Below are positions 10,359 through 19,682 of a DNA stretch of 46,140 nucleotides, one piece after another. Each line of letters starts with the position of its first letter. The first letter of the stretch is position 1. The DNA comes from Rubrivirga sp. (GTDB taxonomy: Bacteria; Bacteroidota; Rhodothermia; Rhodothermales; Rubricoccaceae). Position numbers and translations under genes: made by a program. Under the pieces are notes generated by a model. It made no database searches and had not been told where the DNA came from. It was given only the letters and a program-made list of their open reading frames with translations. The stretch lies in contig CAXRFJ010000605.1 in the NCBI GenBank assembly GCA_964229475.1, forward strand, positions 1 through 46,140, in the 5' to 3' direction.

Positions 10359-10416
10359 CGGTAAGAGAGTGTGTGTGGAGGTCCGTGCGACGCGCGCCGG
10401 GCTCGGCCGATCGATC

Positions 10417-10564
10417 CCGGAAGCGCTATCGGGTCAGCTCCGATGTTAATGGTTTGCGAAGCGCTGTGCAAACGCTTACACACGCGATTCCAGACAGTTT
10501 GGGCCTGTTCAGACTTTTTCAGAGCCCCGAGACCCGCCCCCGATCCCCCGTGAAAGCGCTTTGC
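10417..10564. promoter_or_regulatory. Cluster of LacI/GalR-type operator-like sites upstream of susC
   Basis: CCGGAAGCGCTATCGG (10417-10432), TGCGAAGCGCTGTGCA (10455-10470), TGCAAACGCTTACA (10467-10480) and TGAAAGCGCTTTGC (10551-10564). All have the central AA(A/G)CGCT core and sit in an AT-richer promoter region. Confidence 0.7.
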
Positions 10565-10655
10565 GAACCCCTCCGGCCGGCCGCCGGGGCCCCGGATTTT
10601 TCCCTAAGAGAGTCCCCCAGGGACGCCCTCCGGCCGCCGGCTCGTGCGGGCCCGG

Positions 10656-11099
10656 CTACGAATCGCCGCCGTCCTCCCCGACCACGGGCGGGCGGAGCGT
10701 CGTGATAAGGATGACGCCGTTGGCCCCGCGGGCGCCGTAGAGCGCCGTCTCGCTCGCGTTCTTCAGCACCCGGATCGACTCCACGTCGCGCGGGTTGAGC
10801 CCGTCGAGCGCGCCGTCGGCGCCGAGCGGGATCGGGTAGCCATCCACCACGAAGAGCGGGTCGGAGTTGCTGTAGCCGAACGACTCCGACCCCCGGATCC
10901 GGATCACGAGGCTCCCGCCGCGCTGCTCGACCTGGACGCCGGCGACCTGCCCCCGGAGCATCTGTTCGATCCGCTGGAGGCTCCGCCGCTCGATGTCGTC
11001 GCCCTCGACGACGTTCGGGTCGCTCGGCTCGCGGACCCCGTTCCCGGGCCCGCATCCGACGAGGAGCGAGACGGCGAAGCAGAGGGCGACGTGGCGCAT
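10656..11099 (-). CDS. Small lipoprotein made of a SusC-type TonB-receptor plug domain only (147 aa)
   Basis: C-terminal part of ORF 10656..11660, from [16 protein letters not shown] (lipobox). [14 protein letters not shown]...IRIRG...PLFVVDG...[34 protein letters not shown], then stop with no barrel. Confidence 0.85.
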   Translation of the reverse strand: [147 protein letters not shown]

Positions 11100-11175
11100 G
11101 ACGTCGGAGGCGGGTGGGCTCCCAAGGTTGGGGAACGGCGGTCCCGGCGCAAGGGGAGGTCCCGGATTCGCCCCG

Positions 11176-13419
11176 TCAGCCGCCGACCGGCTCGGCCCGC
11201 CCGCGCCCCTCCACGACCCGGAACCGACCGCCGACCGCGACGCCCGTGACCGTCTCCTCGGCCCCGCCCGGCCACCGGACCACGACGGCCTCGACCGCCT
11301 CGGCGTCCCCGAGGCCGAGGTCGACGGCGAGCGTCCCGGCCCCGAAGCTGCCGCCCGTCCCGACCGTCCGCGCCAGCGTCCGCGCCGTGCCGTCCGGCCG
11401 GCGGACGGTGACCGCCAGCCGGGCCCCGCTCGCGGACCGGTTCGACCGCGTACCCTCGAGCGTGAGCGAGAGCCAGCGCGCGGCGCCCGACGGGCCGTCG
11501 AACAGGACGTTGAGCGCGCGGTCGCCCTCGACGGCGCCGCCCATGACCTCGTAGATCTCCTCGTCGCCGTCGCCGTCCACGTCGGCGAAGGCGATGGCGT
11601 GGCCCTTCTGGAGATGCCCGAGGCCGGACGACAGGGTGACGTCCTCGAAGGCTGGCGCACCGGGCGCGGAGCGGTTGAGGACCGCGCGGTTGGGGATCAG
11701 CGACCGGAGCTCCGGGGCGCCCGTGCCCACGTAGACGTCGAGGCGGCCGTCCCCGTCGAGGTCGCCGACGCCGAGCCCCATCCCGAAGAGCGGGAGGCCG
11801 AGGCCGGCCTCGGCGGACGCGTCGCGGAACGTGCCGTCGCCGTTGTTGAGGTAGAGCCGCGTGGTCTCGGCGGTCGGCGCCATCCCGAGCGCCTCGCGGG
11901 CCGCGTCGGCGGGCGTCTCGAAAAAGTGGCGGACGTCGTAGCTGACCACGAGGAGGTCGTCGCGGCCGTCGCCGTCGGCGTCGAACCAGGCGACGGGGAA
12001 CGAGAAGTCCGGGCCGGCGACCCCGGCCGCCTCGGCGGCCTCCTCGAACCGGGGGCGGCCCCCCTCGGAGCGGTTGAGAAAGAGCCTGTTCGGCCCGCCG
12101 AGGACGCTCACGTAGAGGTCCGGCCGGCCGTCGCCCTCGACGTCGCCGAAGGCCACGCCCTTGACGAACGCGGCCAGCTCGATCCCCGCCTCGGCCGCCG
12201 CCTCCCGGAACCGGGGGACGCCGGCCGCATCCGTCCCCTCGTTCACGAAGAGCTCGGAGGCGTGCGTCGTCGACGCGCCCGTCTCGCCGAGCGCGTCCGG
12301 GTACGCCCCGCCGCTCTCGTTGCCCACGAACAGGTCGAGGTCGCCGTCGCCGTCCACGTCGGCGAACGCGGCGGTCTGGGTCGGGTGCTCGGCGCCCAAG
12401 CCGGCGGCGTAGGTCACGTCCTCGAACCGGCCCGTGCCGTCGTTGAGCAGGAGCGAGTTCGGCCAGGCCCCGACGGCGCCGAACCAGCCGCCGCGGAGCA
12501 CGAGCACGTCGGCGTCGCCGTCGTTGTCGATGTCGGCGTGGACGGTGTTGAGGCCGCCCGTGAGCCCGCCGAGGCCGGCCGCCTCGGTGCGCTCCACGAA
12601 GCGCCCGCCCTCGGTGGCTCCGCCGGCCTGACGGTTCTCGAAGTAGCGGATCGGGTCGCGGAGGCCGTAGCTGGTGACGAGGAGGTCGGGGTCGCCGTCG
12701 CCGTCGAAGTCCTCGGCTGAGACGCCGCCGGAGATGCCGTCGACGGCTGCGCCGCGCTGGGGCGCGACGTTGGTCCAAGAGGCATCGCCGGGCGCGTCGA
12801 GCCCGCCGATCCGCCACGCCTCGGGGACGCCCTCGGGGTAGCTGCCGAGCGCGTGGTGGGCCACGTTGAGGAGCCACCGGCTGCCGAGGTCGCCGGGCGC
12901 GGCGTCGAGGAGGTCCGCCAAGACGTCGGCCGCGCGGCGAGCGCCGTCGGGGTCGTCGTGGACGGCGGCGCCGCGGAACGGGAGCACGCAGACCTCGCCG
13001 GCATGGTGGTTGGCGAGGCAGTTGGCCTGCTCGCCGCGGCGGAGATACGCGGTCGCGAGGAGCTCGTAGACCGGCCGCGCGGGCCCGTCGATGGCGCCGA
13101 CGCCGCCCGCGCGCTCGCCGAGGTCGACGAGCTGGGCGATGGCCGCGTCGGTGTCGCCGGCCTGGAGCCGCTCGCGGGCGAGGTCGAACCGGGCCCGCAG
13201 GAGGTCGTCGCCGCGGTAGCGGTCGAGCTCGGCGTCGAGGCGGTCGGCCCGGGCCGTGTTCAGCACGAAGTACGGCATCGGCGCGGCCTCCGCGGCGGCG
13301 GCGCGCGCGGCGAGCGTGTCGGCCATCCGCTGCGTGCCCGGTGCCCGCTCCGGCGCGGACTCGCACCCGGCGACCGCCACGATGAGCAGGACGAAGCGGG
13401 CGAGCCGGACGGGAGACAT
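11176..13419 (-). CDS. CRTAC1-like lipoprotein: helical/TPR-like N-region, FG-GAP repeats, C-terminal ASPIC/UnbV
   Basis: Lipobox VAGC; DFDGDGDPDL, DIDNDGDADV and DVDGDGDLDL repeats; C-terminal WLSLTLEGTRSNRSASGARL...GLGDAEAVEAVVVRWPGG. Confidence 0.9.
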   Translation of the reverse strand: MSPVRLARFVLLIVAVAGCESAPERAPGTQRMADTLAARAAAAEAAPMPYFVLNTARADRLDAELDRYRGDDLLRARFDLARERLQAGDTDAAIAQLVDLGERAGGVGAIDGPARPVYELLATAYLRRGEQANCLANHHAGEVCVLPFRGAAVHDDPDGARRAADVLADLLDAAPGDLGSRWLLNVAHHALGSYPEGVPEAWRIGGLDAPGDASWTNVAPQRGAAVDGISGGVSAEDFDGDGDPDLLVTSYGLRDPIRYFENRQAGGATEGGRFVERTEAAGLGGLTGGLNTVHADIDNDGDADVLVLRGGWFGAVGAWPNSLLLNDGTGRFEDVTYAAGLGAEHPTQTAAFADVDGDGDLDLFVGNESGGAYPDALGETGASTTHASELFVNEGTDAAGVPRFREAAAEAGIELAAFVKGVAFGDVEGDGRPDLYVSVLGGPNRLFLNRSEGGRPRFEEAAEAAGVAGPDFSFPVAWFDADGDGRDDLLVVSYDVRHFFETPADAAREALGMAPTAETTRLYLNNGDGTFRDASAEAGLGLPLFGMGLGVGDLDGDGRLDVYVGTGAPELRSLIPNRAVLNRSAPGAPAFEDVTLSSGLGHLQKGHAIAFADVDGDGDEEIYEVMGGAVEGDRALNVLFDGPSGAARWLSLTLEGTRSNRSASGARLAVTVRRPDGTARTLARTVGTGGSFGAGTLAVDLGLGDAEAVEAVVVRWPGGAEETVTGVAVGGRFRVVEGRGRAEPVGG

Positions 13420-13727
13420 GCGCGTGGGTCGGTCCGCCTGGCACCGAGGCGGGGCTACCGGAGGGGGACGGTGATCTCTCGCCGAACGTAGCCCGACCGC
13501 CCCGGCGTGCCGTCGAACGTGACGAGGAGCCCTGCGGCGCCGGCCGCGGGCTCGACGAGCGTGGCGCCCGACGACCCCGACGAACGCGCCGGTCGTGGTC
13601 GTCCGCTCGTGCAGCGGGCCGCTCTCCGGGAAGGCGAGGCGCGGGACGAGCCCGCCAAGCTAGCGTTCGCCCGGCCCGCCTCGGCGAGGTCGAGGCAGAC
13701 GCCGCGCCCCGGCCGGGTCCCGCCGGC

Positions 13728-14474
13728 CTAGGCCGGCACCTCGGACCCGAGCGCGAAGTACGCCAGCGCGGCCAGCACGCCGCCCAGGAGCGGCGCCACG
13801 ACCGGCACCCACGCGTAGCCCCAGTCGCTCGGGCCCTTCCCGCGCATCGGCAGGAGCGCGTGCATGATCCGCGGGCCGAGGTCGCGCGCCGGGTTGATGG
13901 CGTAGCCGGTGGTGCCCCCGAGCCCCATCCCGATCACGAGGACCAGCAGCCCGACCGGCAGCGCGTCGAGCGCGCCGAGGCCGCCGGGGTCGCCGCCGGG
14001 CCCCGCGATCGACGGGGCGGCCAGGTACAGCACGCCGAACACGAGCACGAACGTGCCGAGGGTCTCGGAGACCACGTTCCCGACGGCGTCGCGGATGGCC
14101 GGGCCCGTGGCGAACACGGCGAGCTGGGTGCCGGGGTCGTCGGTGAGGTCGAGGTGGGCCCGGTACTGGAGCCAGACGAGGAACGCGCCGGCCATCGCCC
14201 CGAGCAGCTGGGCGGCGACGTAGCCGGGCACCGCGGCCCAGCCGAACTTGCCGGCCGTCGCGAGGCCGACGGTCACGGCCGGGTTGAGGTGGGCGCCGCT
14301 GTAGGCCGCCGTCACGAACACGGCCACGAACACGGCCATCCCCCAGCCCCAGGTGATGGTGATCCAGCCGGCGCCCTCGCCCTTCGTCCCTTTCAGGATC
14401 GCGTTGGCGACGACGCCGTCGCCGAGGAGCAGGAGCAGCGCGGTGCCGACGAACTCGGCGACGGAGGGGGTCAT
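13728..14474 (-). CDS. glpF: Glycerol uptake facilitator (MIP/aquaglyceroporin)
   Basis: MTPSVAEFVGTALLLLLGDGVVA; SGAHLNPAVT and GYAINPARDLGPR motifs; start overlaps the glpD stop (ATGA). Confidence 0.95.
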   Translation of the reverse strand: MTPSVAEFVGTALLLLLGDGVVANAILKGTKGEGAGWITITWGWGMAVFVAVFVTAAYSGAHLNPAVTVGLATAGKFGWAAVPGYVAAQLLGAMAGAFLVWLQYRAHLDLTDDPGTQLAVFATGPAIRDAVGNVVSETLGTFVLVFGVLYLAAPSIAGPGGDPGGLGALDALPVGLLVLVIGMGLGGTTGYAINPARDLGPRIMHALLPMRGKGPSDWGYAWVPVVAPLLGGVLAALAYFALGSEVPA

Positions 14475-16066
14475 GCGGGGGCGTCGGTGGAGGGCAGCGG
14501 GTCGCCCGTGAGGAGGTACTGCGCGGCAAGGTCGGAAAACGCCTCGACCTGGGCACGCTGCCAGTCGGCGTCGCGGCCGAGCTCGGCGGCCAGCAGCTCG
14601 GCCACCCGCGGGGCCATGTCGCGCGCGGCGCGGGCGTCGAGGAACAGCTCGCGCGTCCGGCGGGCGAGGACGTCCTCGACGGTCCGGGCCATCTCGTGGC
14701 GCGCGGCCCACACGACCTGCACGGCGCGCACGGGGCGCCGCTCGTGGAGCGTCTCGGCCAGCGCCTCGTCGTCGCGCATGAGCGCCTGGAGCGCGGGCGC
14801 GTCGGAGCCGTAGGCGGCGAGGTCGCCGAACGCCTCGGCGTTGTCGTGGGCGCCGTGGAGCTGGAGGTGGGCCGTGACCGAGTCGCGGTCCTCCAGCCCC
14901 GCCAGGGTCGCGGCCTGGTCGATGGTGTCCTCGGCCATCTTGCGGTAGGTCGTCCACTTGCCGCCCGTGATGGTCACCAGGCCGGACTCGGCGATGTGGA
15001 GCGTGTGGTCGCGCGAGATGGCCGACGTGCCCTCGGCGTCGGGGTCGGCCACGAGCGGGCGGATGCCCACGAACACGCTCCGGACGTCCTCCCGCGTCGG
15101 GTCGTCGGTGAGGTAGCGGGCCGCGTGGCGGAGCAGGAACGCGACCTCCTCCTCGAACGGGGCCGGCTCCATGGGGACCCCGTCGATCGGCGTGTCCGTC
15201 GTGCCGACCACGACGGAGTCGTGCCACGGGATCGCGAAGAGGACGCGGCCGTCGTCGGTCTTGGGGACCATGATGGCGCTGTCGCCGGGCAGGAAGCGCC
15301 GGTCGAGCACGATGTGGACGCCCTGGCTGGGCTGGATCATCGGCCGGATCGACGCGTCGTCCATCCGGCGGATCGCGTCCGTCCACACGCCCGTCGCGTT
15401 GACCACGACGCGGGCCGGGACCTCGAACGCGTCGCCGGTCTCGAGGTCAGTCGCCACGACGCCGGTGACCTCGCCGTCGTCGGCCTTCGTGAGGCCCGTG
15501 ACCTCGCAGTACGTGAGGAGCGTCGCGCCCTGCTCGGCGGCCGTCTGCGCCATGTTGAGCGCGAGGCGGGCGTCGTCGAACTGGCCGTCGTAGTAGATCA
15601 CGCCGCCGTCCAGGCCCTCCGGCTCGATCGTCGGCAGGCGCTCCTGCGTCTCGGCCTTCGAGAGGTGCTTGCTCTTGCCGAAGCCGGACCGGCCCGCCAG
15701 CAGGTCGTACACCTTCATCCCGACGCCGTAGAACGGCCCCTCCCACCACACGTAGTTGGGGACGACGAAGGCGAGGTCGTGGACGAGGTGGGGCGCGTTC
15801 TTGAGCAGGATCCCGCGCTCCTTGAGCGCCTCCAGCACGAGCGACACGTTGCCCTGCTGGAGGTACCGCACGCCGCCGTGGACGAGCTTCGTCGAGCGGC
15901 TCGACGTGCCCTTGGCGAAGTCGGAGCGCTCGAGGAGGAGGGGCCGGTAGCCGCGCGAGGCGGCCTCGATGGCGCAGCCCAGCCCCGTCGCGCCGCCGCC
16001 GACGATGACGAAGTCCCAGGGCTCGGTGGCCGCGTCGATGGCGCGGCGCATGGTGTCTCGGTTCAC
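14471..16066 (-). CDS. glpD: FAD-dependent glycerol-3-phosphate dehydrogenase
   Basis: IVGGGATGLG, DFAKGTSSRSTKLVHGGVRYL, GQFDDAR, GGKWTTYRKMAED; located between glpK and glpF. Confidence 0.95.
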   Translation of the reverse strand: MNRDTMRRAIDAATEPWDFVIVGGGATGLGCAIEAASRGYRPLLLERSDFAKGTSSRSTKLVHGGVRYLQQGNVSLVLEALKERGILLKNAPHLVHDLAFVVPNYVWWEGPFYGVGMKVYDLLAGRSGFGKSKHLSKAETQERLPTIEPEGLDGGVIYYDGQFDDARLALNMAQTAAEQGATLLTYCEVTGLTKADDGEVTGVVATDLETGDAFEVPARVVVNATGVWTDAIRRMDDASIRPMIQPSQGVHIVLDRRFLPGDSAIMVPKTDDGRVLFAIPWHDSVVVGTTDTPIDGVPMEPAPFEEEVAFLLRHAARYLTDDPTREDVRSVFVGIRPLVADPDAEGTSAISRDHTLHIAESGLVTITGGKWTTYRKMAEDTIDQAATLAGLEDRDSVTAHLQLHGAHDNAEAFGDLAAYGSDAPALQALMRDDEALAETLHERRPVRAVQVVWAARHEMARTVEDVLARRTRELFLDARAARDMAPRVAELLAAELGRDADWQRAQVEAFSDLAAQYLLTGDPLPSTDAPA

Positions 16067-16095
16067 GGTGATCGGTCGTCAGTGGGTGGGTCCGC

Positions 16096-16129
16096 CTCGG
16101 TGAGCGCGCGGGCTCGGTGAGCGCGCGGG
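16096..16129. repeat. 17-bp perfect tandem duplication in the glpK-glpD spacer
   Basis: CTCGGTGAGCGCGCGGG x2 (16096-16112, 16113-16129). Confidence 0.8.
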
Positions 16130-16187
16130 CGCCCCCAGCCGTCCCGAGGCGGGCGGGGTCGGCCGGCGGGGCCGGCGGGCGGTGAGG

Positions 16188-17705
16188 TCAGGCGTCGGCC
16201 TCGGCCCAGCCGCGGGAGCGGTCGAGCGCGCGGCGCCACTGGGCGTGGCGGGCCTCGGCCTCGTCGGCCGACACCTGGGGCTCGAAGCGCTTGTCGAGCT
16301 GCCACTGCGCCGAGATCTCCTCGGCCGAGCCCCAGTAGCCGACGGCGAGGCCGGCGAGGTAGGCCGCCCCGAGCGCCGTCGTCTCGGTCACGGCCGGGCG
16401 GGCGATGGGCGCCTGGAGGAGGTCGGCCTGGATCTGCATGAGGAGGTCGTTGGCCGCCGCGCCGCCGTCGACGCGGAGCTCCTGGAGCTCGATGCCGGCG
16501 TCCTTCTTCATGGCCGTGAGCACGTCGGCCACCTGAAAGGCGATGCCCTCCAGCGTCGCCCGCGCGATGTGGGCCGCCGTCGTCCCGCGCGTGATGCCGA
16601 CGATCGTGCCGCGCGCGTACGGGTCCCAGTGCGGCGCGCCGAGGCCGGTGTAGGCCGGGACCACGTAGACGCCGTCGGTGTCGCCGACGGAGACGGCCAG
16701 CGCCTCGACCTCGGGCGCCGAGCGGATGATCTTGAGCCCGTCGCGGAGCCACTGCACCGCCGAGCCCGTCACGAAGACGCTCCCCTCGAGGGCGTACTCC
16801 ATGGGCGCGTCGCCGAGCTTCCAGGCCGCCGTCGTGAGCAGCTGGTTCCGGGACTCGACGGGCTCGGTGCCCGTGTTGAGCAGCATGAAGGAGCCCGTGC
16901 CGTAGGTGTTCTTGGCCATCCCCGGCTCCACGCAGCGCTGGCCGAACGTGGCCGCCTGCTGGTCGCCCGCGATCCCCGCGATCGGCGTCTGCGACGAGAA
17001 GATCTCGCCACTCGTGTTGGCGTAGACCTCCGACGACGACCGGACCTCCGGGAGCATCGCGCGCGGCACGCCGAGCAGGTCGAGCAGCTCGTCGTCCCAG
17101 TCGCCCGTGTGGATGTTGTACATCAGGGTCCGCGACGCGTTCGTCACGTCCGTGATGTGGAGCGCGCCGGCGTCGGCCGTGCCGCCGGTGAGGTTCCAGA
17201 CGAGCCAGCTGTCGACGGTCCCGAAGGCGAGGTGGCCGGCCTCGGCGGCCTCGCGGGCGCCCTCCACGTGGTCGAGGATCCAGCGGACCTTCGTGCCCGA
17301 GAAGTAGCTGTCGATGACGAGCCCGGTCTTGGCACGGACCGTCGCCTCGTGGCCCGCCTCCTTGAGCCGGGAGCAGAACGGGGCCGTCCGGCGGTCCTGC
17401 CACACGATGGCGTGGGACACCGGCTTGCCCGTCCGGCGGTCCCACACGACCGTCGTCTCGCGCTGGTTCGTGATGCCGATGGCGGCCACGTCGCGCGGGC
17501 GGAGGCCGGCCCGCGTCAGCGCCTCCGTCGCCACGCCGACCTGGGACGACCAGATCTCCTCGGCGTCGTGCTCCACCCAACCGGGCTTCGGGAAGTGCTG
17601 CTCGAACTCCTTCTGGGCGACGGCCCGGATGGAGCCGGCCTGGTCGAAGAGGATGGCGCGGGAGGACGTGGTGCCCTGGTCGAGGGCGAGGACGTACTGC
17701 GGCAT
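16188..17705 (-). CDS. glpK: Glycerol kinase
   Basis: [62 protein letters not shown]. Confidence 0.97.
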   Translation of the reverse strand: MPQYVLALDQGTTSSRAILFDQAGSIRAVAQKEFEQHFPKPGWVEHDAEEIWSSQVGVATEALTRAGLRPRDVAAIGITNQRETTVVWDRRTGKPVSHAIVWQDRRTAPFCSRLKEAGHEATVRAKTGLVIDSYFSGTKVRWILDHVEGAREAAEAGHLAFGTVDSWLVWNLTGGTADAGALHITDVTNASRTLMYNIHTGDWDDELLDLLGVPRAMLPEVRSSSEVYANTSGEIFSSQTPIAGIAGDQQAATFGQRCVEPGMAKNTYGTGSFMLLNTGTEPVESRNQLLTTAAWKLGDAPMEYALEGSVFVTGSAVQWLRDGLKIIRSAPEVEALAVSVGDTDGVYVVPAYTGLGAPHWDPYARGTIVGITRGTTAAHIARATLEGIAFQVADVLTAMKKDAGIELQELRVDGGAAANDLLMQIQADLLQAPIARPAVTETTALGAAYLAGLAVGYWGSAEEISAQWQLDKRFEPQVSADEAEARHAQWRRALDRSRGWAEADA

Positions 17706-17765
17706 GGGCGGGGGGGCAGAGGGCCGTGCCTACGCCGGCGCCGCGGCGACGGTCCGACCGATCGA

Positions 17766-17836
17766 TGCGAAAAAATTAGCACACCCCCTTGCGCCCCCTC
17801 CCGGGCCACCGTACCGTGGTGTTAACGATTTAACAC
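17766..17836. promoter_or_regulatory. Paired palindromic operator-like sites and a sigma70-like promoter in the divergent glpK spacer
   Basis: GTGTTAA-CGAT-TTAACAC (17819-17836); related TGCGAA-AAAA-TTAGCA (17766-17781); TTGCGC-N17-TACCGT (17789-17817, + strand) lies between them. Confidence 0.55.
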
Positions 17837-17848
17837 ACCCCGCTCCCG

Positions 17849-18343
17849 ATGCTCGCCCTCCTGCCCCTCGCCGTCCTCCTCGCCGCGCTGGCGGCCGACG
17901 ACCCGTGCGGCGTCGCTGGCCTCTACGAGCTCGACCGCGACGCCGTCCACGCGCACGTGGTCGAGGACATGGACGAGGCCCTCGCCGACCTCGCGGCCGA
18001 GCCGGAGACCGGCACGCTCGCCCACACCGTCTGGCAGGCCCAGCGCGACGCCTTCCGCGGCGTCCGGGCGCAGGCGGCCCGCGGCGACATGGTCCCGCCC
18101 ATCGCCACCCGCCTCGACGCCGACGGCACGGCGATGCAGGCGACGCACGCGCCGAGCGCGGCGCCCGACTGGTCCGACGCCGAGACCGGCCGCTGGACCG
18201 CCGACGCCGCCTGCGAGGCGGTCCGGATCGACTTCGGGTCGTACGAGTCGACCCTGCTCCTCGACGGCGGGCGCCTGTTCATCCGCCCCGAGCTCGGGGG
18301 CGGTCGCGAGGGCCGCCGCGTCGAGCTCATCCGAGCCCGGTAG
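17849..18343 (+). CDS. Exported hypothetical protein (164 aa)
   Basis: Signal-peptide-like MLALLPLAVLLAALAA; genome-typical G/C third positions; no family recognised. Confidence 0.7.
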   Translation: MLALLPLAVLLAALAADDPCGVAGLYELDRDAVHAHVVEDMDEALADLAAEPETGTLAHTVWQAQRDAFRGVRAQAARGDMVPPIATRLDADGTAMQATHAPSAAPDWSDAETGRWTADAACEAVRIDFGSYESTLLLDGGRLFIRPELGGGREGRRVELIRAR

Positions 18344-18482
18344 CCCCACGGCGGCTCCCGAGCGTGACGGCCATGAGACGGGGAGCACGGTGCCGGAGGA
18401 GTCCGGACCTGGGGCGAGACCGCGCGGGCTCTTTGGGGTGACGGACGGGCGTAGTCTGTACCGGCTTTCCGCTCGCACCCGC

Positions 18483-19682
18483 ATGTCCCGATTTCTACTC
18501 GCCGCGTCGCTCGTTCTCCTCGTGGCCGGCGCCCGGGCCCAGACCTACGAGCCCGGGTACGTCGTCGTGGAGGGTGACACGGTGCGGGGAGCCATCGCGC
18601 TCGGGAGCGAAGCGCAGAACGCGGGCGGCGTCCGGTTTCGGCCGGCGCCCGCCGACGCCCCCACTCCGTACGGCGTCGACGACGCCTCCGCGTTCGGCGC
18701 CGACGGCGGGCGGGCGTACCGGCTCGCGCGCTACCAGACCGACCCGAGCCCGGACGCCCCGACGGGCCGCCGGCTGTTCGCCCGCGTCGTGCGCGACGGC
18801 GCGGCCGACCTGCTGGCCGTCGAGACCGTCGAGGGCCGGCCGACCTTCTTCGTCCAGACCGACGCGGCGCCCGTCGGGCTGTACCTCGTCCGCGACGAGG
18901 TCGCGACGGGCGCGGGCGTCCGGCAGCGGGAACGCGCGCTGTTCCGCCAGACCCTGCTCGTCGTCCTGGCAGGGCCGTGCGCGTCCGTGCTCGACGTGGA
19001 GCGCCTCGCGTACACCGAGCGCGCGCTGGCCGAGGCGATCGACCGGTACAACCGGTGCGCGGACCCGGAGTACACCGCCTCGGCCTCCCGCGCCATGCGG
19101 ACGCCCCTCCGCGTCCGGTTCGAGGCGGGGCTCGACGCCGCCACGGGCTCGTTCCGGCGCGTCGACGTTCCGCCCGGCACGCCCGAGGACCCGGACGCCG
19201 ACTTCCTCCGAATCCGGGCCGCGGTCGAGCTGACGCCGCCGTTCTTCGACGGGGAGCTCCGCCCCGTCCTCGGCGCCGACTACGAGCGCGACGTGGTCCG
19301 GTTGGTGACGGGGCTGCTGGGCCGCGAGGTGACGGCCTACGACCGGCTCCACGTCCGCCTCGGCCTCCGGTTCGCGCCTGAGATCGCGGGCGCGCGCGTC
19401 CGGTTCGGGGCCGGCCTGCTCAACGGGATCACCTTCGACCGCGTGGTCGCGTCCGACGTCGACGTCGACGGGCGCGGCGACGTGTTCCGGTACGTCGACC
19501 GGCGCAACTTCGAGGCCAGCGTCGGCCAGTACCTGGAGCTCGGCGTCCGGCCGGCGGCGCTCCCGGCGGAGCTCTCCGTGCGGGCCCAGCAGGGCGTGTT
19601 CACGAACGAGAACCCGCTCGTGGCCTTTACCGGGCAGCACGGGACGCGGACGGTGAGCGCCGGGCTCACCGTCCGGCTCTAG
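18483..19682 (+). CDS. Exported protein, probable C-terminal outer-membrane beta-barrel (Bacteroidota-type)
   Basis: MSRFLLAASLVLLVAGARAQ signal; N-motif GYVVVEGDTVRGAI; alternating strands ending TVSAGLTVRL; 17-bp convergent overlap with the next gene. Confidence 0.7.
   Translation: MSRFLLAASLVLLVAGARAQTYEPGYVVVEGDTVRGAIALGSEAQNAGGVRFRPAPADAPTPYGVDDASAFGADGGRAYRLARYQTDPSPDAPTGRRLFARVVRDGAADLLAVETVEGRPTFFVQTDAAPVGLYLVRDEVATGAGVRQRERALFRQTLLVVLAGPCASVLDVERLAYTERALAEAIDRYNRCADPEYTASASRAMRTPLRVRFEAGLDAATGSFRRVDVPPGTPEDPDADFLRIRAAVELTPPFFDGELRPVLGADYERDVVRLVTGLLGREVTAYDRLHVRLGLRFAPEIAGARVRFGAGLLNGITFDRVVASDVDVDGRGDVFRYVDRRNFEASVGQYLELGVRPAALPAELSVRAQQGVFTNENPLVAFTGQHGTRTVSAGLTVRL

Noticed and set aside
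231-10364. Long plus-strand ORFs 231..1859, 2636..7150 and 7047..10364
   Set aside because: Antisense shadows in codon register with real minus-strand genes. V/E/R-rich with no motifs, as expected at very high GC3.
300-13000. Recurring GTCGCCGTCGCCGTCGAGGTC-like DNA repeats as a CRISPR or repeat array
   Set aside because: They encode DxDGDGD FG-GAP motifs, are degenerate and are irregularly spaced.
13455-13660. Possible pseudogene fragment between glpF and the ASPIC gene
   Set aside because: A short protein-like stretch (LLVTFDGTPGRSGYVRREITVPLR) but no start context or recognisable family.
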